Source: a candidate division WOR-3 bacterium (lineage in GTDB: Bacteria > Hydrothermota > Hydrothermia > JBDRYB01). From it: 29,224 bases of DNA. The stretch spans positions 7,960 to 37,183 of the forward strand of contig JBMFOM010000007.1 of assembly GCA_049969615.1 (NCBI GenBank). Direction: 5' to 3'. Under the pieces are notes generated by a model that did no database searches, had not been told where the DNA came from, and saw only the letters and a list, made by a program, of their open reading frames with translations. Shown here one piece after another: positions 25,681 through 29,224 of the stretch. Made by a program: the position numbers and the translations under genes. Position 1 is the first letter of the stretch, and each line of letters begins with the position of its first letter.

Positions 25681-27486
25681 TTATCTGGTAAAAACTACCC
25701 TTATCGTCCTGGCCGATTCGCCCTCTGTCAGCCTCAGGAAATAGGTTCCTGGTGCTGGTGCGCTCCACGCGAGCTCGTGATCCCCGACCTCGGCCCCGGA
25801 GTAGAGGAGGGCCAATTCCCTTCCGGTTATATCGTATGCTCTGAGAGTGGCGCTTGCCCTGCCGGTCGTATAAAAGGCTATTTTTGCCTCGCCGCGGACC
25901 GGGTTTGATACCGGTGCCAGGGCTATGTTATCCGGCGCGACCCAGTCCCTTTCCTCGTTACCGACACTAGGCTCACCGGTTGCTATGATGTTGAAGCTGG
26001 TGGTGTTCGTGTAGCTTGTCCCGGACACAGCGAGAAAGAAAGTTATTCTGTGGCCCTCGGGCACGGTGGATAGTATATTCACCGTGTAGTTTGACACGGA
26101 TGTGGCAGTTGCCTCGGAGGCTATGTTGCCGTATGTGGACGAGGTTTGGGTTACCGTGACATACGGATCAAGCGTTGAGAGGGTAGCGGAGATATTGTTC
26201 GCGGTTCCGCCGCCGGAATTCAGGAGAGTAACCTTGAATTGGATCCCGTTGCCGTAGTCTATGCTGTCTCCCAAGGAGTTGTAGTAGTATGTTACCCGAG
26301 GCTGATTGGGGAGTGAGCTGGACCCGTTTATGAACCAATACCAGGCTGAGTTTGGCGCCCAGTAGAGATTCGTGTATCCACCGGATGGCGAGCCGGTTGG
26401 CCCATATATGGTTATGCCGTGGGCGTTTGCGTAGTTCTTCTGGAAATTGCCCAGAAGGGTTGTGTCCCCTATGACCCCTGGGCCCTGCAGGTCCATGACT
26501 CTCTGGGCCGCGTTCCTAAGGGACGCTGGGAGGCTTCCCTGCGCGACTATGCGCTGTGCAAAGTGATAGAGGTCCCTATAGCTTGAATAAGTGAAGCTCT
26601 GTGTTCCCGAAAGCGCGGTATTTATGGCACTGTTGCTCTTACCTCCGGCCTTTATGAGCTCGCGGGCGAATTTGTCAACCGCAAGATAGTACCTGGTATA
26701 CCAGGGCCCCATATCAACTGCGGAATGGGTTATGCCACTGCTGTATGATTGCGTATAGAGATATGCTGATTGTCTGGCCAACTCCCTGGGTGTAGCCTGT
26801 GGGTTGGAGTTCAGCCAGCTCAGTATGTCGTCATACGGGTATCCGTCCCACGGCTCGGTTTCCTGGGAGTGCATGGTCACATCCGCATAGTCCTTTGTCT
26901 CATATTCAACCTCAAGCATACCCATCAGGCAAGCATCATAGGATATTATAGAAAGATTCTTTCCTAACTTCTTGAAGACCTCCTCGCACGCGTAGTTGAG
27001 CTCGCCGTCAGAAATAGATATTTGGTCCCCGTTAGTGTCGTCAAAGCAGACATCCTTGCCATCCGGCATGGGCCTCCAGCCATCACCGTGGTTCCAGAGA
27101 ATAAGCCAATAGCATTCTGTCTGGGACAACAATCTCACCGTGTCCATGAACCAGATGATGTTGGCCGGGTTGCCCATGTTCAGCTCGCCGCAGTCTTTAA
27201 GGAGCTGGGAGTTTATTGTTGTCATGTCGACGTCGGGGGTTACCCTGAATAGCCTGGTTCCGGTCCAATTGCCGTTTGAGTTGTCGTAGCCGGGTATTCT
27301 GTCCAGTAAGACAAAGACCCTGTATTTGTTCGTGTCTATGGCGTATTCCATCTCGTTGAGATCGGTGATGCCAGCCCCTTCCAGGTTGTTGTCCGCGCAG
27401 AGGTAGACCGCGATGGTCCACTTCTTGGCCTGGGCTTGTAGCAGGCCTGCAGTAGCCAGCAAGATAATAGGAATGAGCCTCCTCAT
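25681..27486 (-). CDS. Clostripain-family (C11) cysteine peptidase with Ig-like domain and T9SS-like C-terminal sorting domain
   Basis: Signal MRRLIPIILLATAGLLQA; WTIAVYLCADNNL, ELNMG, ILWNHGDGW (His), SYDACLM (Cys), DLYHFA. C-terminus AYDITGR...PGTYFLRL. SD GGAGG; alternative start ATG 27498. Confidence 0.93.
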   Translation of the reverse strand: MRRLIPIILLATAGLLQAQAKKWTIAVYLCADNNLEGAGITDLNEMEYAIDTNKYRVFVLLDRIPGYDNSNGNWTGTRLFRVTPDVDMTTINSQLLKDCGELNMGNPANIIWFMDTVRLLSQTECYWLILWNHGDGWRPMPDGKDVCFDDTNGDQISISDGELNYACEEVFKKLGKNLSIISYDACLMGMLEVEYETKDYADVTMHSQETEPWDGYPYDDILSWLNSNPQATPRELARQSAYLYTQSYSSGITHSAVDMGPWYTRYYLAVDKFARELIKAGGKSNSAINTALSGTQSFTYSSYRDLYHFAQRIVAQGSLPASLRNAAQRVMDLQGPGVIGDTTLLGNFQKNYANAHGITIYGPTGSPSGGYTNLYWAPNSAWYWFINGSSSLPNQPRVTYYYNSLGDSIDYGNGIQFKVTLLNSGGGTANNISATLSTLDPYVTVTQTSSTYGNIASEATATSVSNYTVNILSTVPEGHRITFFLAVSGTSYTNTTSFNIIATGEPSVGNEERDWVAPDNIALAPVSNPVRGEAKIAFYTTGRASATLRAYDITGRELALLYSGAEVGDHELAWSAPAPGTYFLRLTEGESARTIRVVFTR

Positions 27487-27498
27487 AGGCACCTCCAT

Positions 27499-27533
27499 AC
27501 CCAAAGTATAATGCAATGGCTGTGGAGGATCAA
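27499..27533 (-). promoter_or_regulatory. sigma70-type promoter for the clostripain-family gene
   Basis: Minus strand TTGATC-17 nt-TATACT-TTGGGT-ATG. Confidence 0.7.
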
Positions 27534-27541
27534 CTGTATTT

Positions 27542-27669
27542 AGCCTATCTTTGGAACCCGAGCGCCTCAAAATCTTAGAGCCATAAGGACTTTATGACCA
27601 GGGCTGTGGATCTGTCCGGTCTCCCCAGATACTCAAATAAATGATCCTACGCATGAAGTGGGTTATAAT
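27542..27669 (+). repeat. Diverged ~128 bp intergenic repeat, copy B, ending in the speE promoter (ATGATC-17-TATAAT)
   Basis: Colinear with 11015-11141 (see copy A). TATAAT is followed by 6 nt and then the speE ATG. Confidence 0.85.
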
Positions 27670-27675
27670 TTGTTC

Positions 27676-28557
27676 ATGAGCGAGGATGAGTGGTTCTCTG
27701 AGACCCACACCGATGACTTGCTATACTCATACAGAGTAGAAGAAAGGATATTCTCCGGCAGAACCCGGTTCCAGCGGGTTGACATCCTCCGGATAAAACC
27801 TTTTGGGATAACCCTTTTCCTTGATGGCAAACTGCAATCTGCGCAGGTTGACGAGGCTGTCTATCACGAGTGCCTTGTCCATCCTGCCATGCAGGTTCAC
27901 CCGAATCCCAGACGAGTCTTCATAGCTGGTGGAGGGGAAGGCGCGACCCTACGGGAGGTTCTCAGGCATCCTGTTGATGAGTGTGTGATGTGCGACATAG
28001 ACTCCGAGCTCGTTGAGATGTGCAGGGTTCAGCTCCCCTCCTGGAGCGCGGGCGCGTTTGATGATCCGAGGGCAAGGCTCGTGTTCGCGGATGCGAGGGA
28101 TACGCTTGCTGAAAGCCCTGGCAAATACGATGTGATAATCTCCGATCTGCCCGAGCCCCTTGAGGCAGGACCGGCGCAACTGCTTTATACCAGGGAATTC
28201 TATGAAATAGTCCGGGACAAGCTTTCGGATGATGGCGTCTTTGTCGCGCAGGTCGGCTCAGCTGATCCGGTCTATCCTGACCTCTCCCTTTGCGTCCACA
28301 AAACCCTGGCCGCGGTTTTCCCCGTTGCCGGGATATACACTGTCTATGTTTTTTCCTTTCAACTGCTCTGGGCCTTTGCTATCGCCACAAAGAGCCTGGC
28401 CCTCATCCCGAATACTTTCAGGGAGATACCGGGTCTTTTTCACTACAACCCTGAAATCCACAGGGCCATGTTCATCCTGCCCGGCCACATGAGAGCGGCT
28501 CTTGCCGAAAAGGGGAGAATTCTTACTGATGAAAAGCCATTTGTCTGGACTGCCTAG
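27676..28557 (+). CDS. speE: Polyamine aminopropyltransferase (spermidine synthase family)
   Basis: WFSE, LFLDGKLQS, YHECLVHPAM, GGGEGATLRE, CDID, FDDPR, YDVIISDLPEP, LYTREFY. Confidence 0.95.
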   Translation: MSEDEWFSETHTDDLLYSYRVEERIFSGRTRFQRVDILRIKPFGITLFLDGKLQSAQVDEAVYHECLVHPAMQVHPNPRRVFIAGGGEGATLREVLRHPVDECVMCDIDSELVEMCRVQLPSWSAGAFDDPRARLVFADARDTLAESPGKYDVIISDLPEPLEAGPAQLLYTREFYEIVRDKLSDDGVFVAQVGSADPVYPDLSLCVHKTLAAVFPVAGIYTVYVFSFQLLWAFAIATKSLALIPNTFREIPGLFHYNPEIHRAMFILPGHMRAALAEKGRILTDEKPFVWTA

Positions 28558-29005
28558 CAGGTTTTGCATCGGGGCCGGGGTCGGCCACGGGGAAACTGAA
28601 TTGCTGGCATTTGATCGGGCTTTGGCATCTGCCGGTTTCTCGGACTATAACCTTGTCAAGGTCTCCTCCATAATCCCGCCCCGCGCGACCATCCTGGATG
28701 AGCCGGATTTGCCCCTTGGCTCCCTCTTGCCTATTGCCTATGCCAGTCTGGTCTCTGAGGATGAGGGTCTGGTCATTTCCGCGGCCGTGGCCGCTGGCCT
28801 GCCCATCTCATCCGAGGATGTTGGGGTCATAATGGAATTCTCCGGGCCCGTTGCCCTGGCTGAGGCCGAGGCTCAGGTCAGGTTCATGGCCGAGAAGGCT
28901 CTGGTTTCCAGGGGGATTGGGGTCAGAGAAATACTCGTCAGGGGCGCCTCTGCCAGGGTTCATGGTATCACAGCGGTCTTCGCGGGGGTAGCGCTGTTGC
29001 CTTGA
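28529..29005 (+). CDS. pdaD: Pyruvoyl-dependent arginine decarboxylase (PdaD/AaxB type)
   Basis: LLAFDRALASAG, YNLVKVSSIIPP (Ser-Ser self-cleavage site), ISAAVA, GVIMEFS. Exact start uncertain (ATG 28529 or TTG 28541). Confidence 0.92.
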   Translation: MKSHLSGLPSRFCIGAGVGHGETELLAFDRALASAGFSDYNLVKVSSIIPPRATILDEPDLPLGSLLPIAYASLVSEDEGLVISAAVAAGLPISSEDVGVIMEFSGPVALAEAEAQVRFMAEKALVSRGIGVREILVRGASARVHGITAVFAGVALLP

Positions 29006-29224
29006 AATTGGCTCACCCGACCCATCTCAGCCCTTTACGGGTTGAAGGCGCGGCCTTTGATGATGAGGACAAGGCCTCTCCTTATCCTTTGGGTCTCTCA
29101 CCCTTCTCAGGGTCTCAGGGTTCATTCCCTCCTTAGACCTTGCCATCGCTCTCAGGGAAGGCTTGGGGTGATGGGGAAGATCCAGGGCAAGGCCAAGCTA
29201 CAGCTGAGTTCCGCGCCTGGCCGT

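Noticed and set aside
27518..27610. Direct repeat GGCTGTGGA at 27518 and 27602 (DnaA-box-like)
   Set aside because: Only 9 bp and two copies, with a weak match to TGTGGATAA; could be chance.
29050..29160. Hammerhead (TGATGAG), glycine (CTCTCAGG) or TPP (CTGAGA) riboswitch-like words
   Set aside because: The partner motifs and their required order (GAAA core, GGAGA...CCGAAG, ACCTGA) are missing.

Overview
A 29.2 kb gene-dense window of bacterial core chromosome from a diderm organism. The T9SS-like C-terminal sorting domains plus a PorV-like gene suggest an FCB-associated lineage such as WOR-3; this taxonomy is inference only. No rRNA, tRNA, CRISPR array or transposase was found. Contents: three large secreted proteins with sorting-domain-like tails (S8 protease, Asp-box beta-propeller, clostripain-family protease), a YifB/ComM ATPase, a VanZ-PgpA fusion, a split capsule-type cluster (CpsB-like phosphatase, UDP-sugar dehydrogenase, Wzi-like protein, wecB), an operon porV-like-smpB-amidase-murI-recJ-like, SpoIID, YhaM-like nuclease, dapB, and speE plus pyruvoyl arginine decarboxylase. 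The most notable signals are: (1) sigma70-type -10 boxes lying 5-8 nt (mostly exactly 6 nt) before in-frame start codons, indicating widespread leaderless translation; (2) a perfect palindromic bidirectional -10; (3) a ~127 bp diverged promoter-carrying repeat present twice; (4) a DNA-methyltransferase homolog lacking its catalytic motif at the head of the wzi-wecB unit; (5) very short signal peptides without a charged n-region. I cannot show a complete new multi-gene system from the sequence alone.
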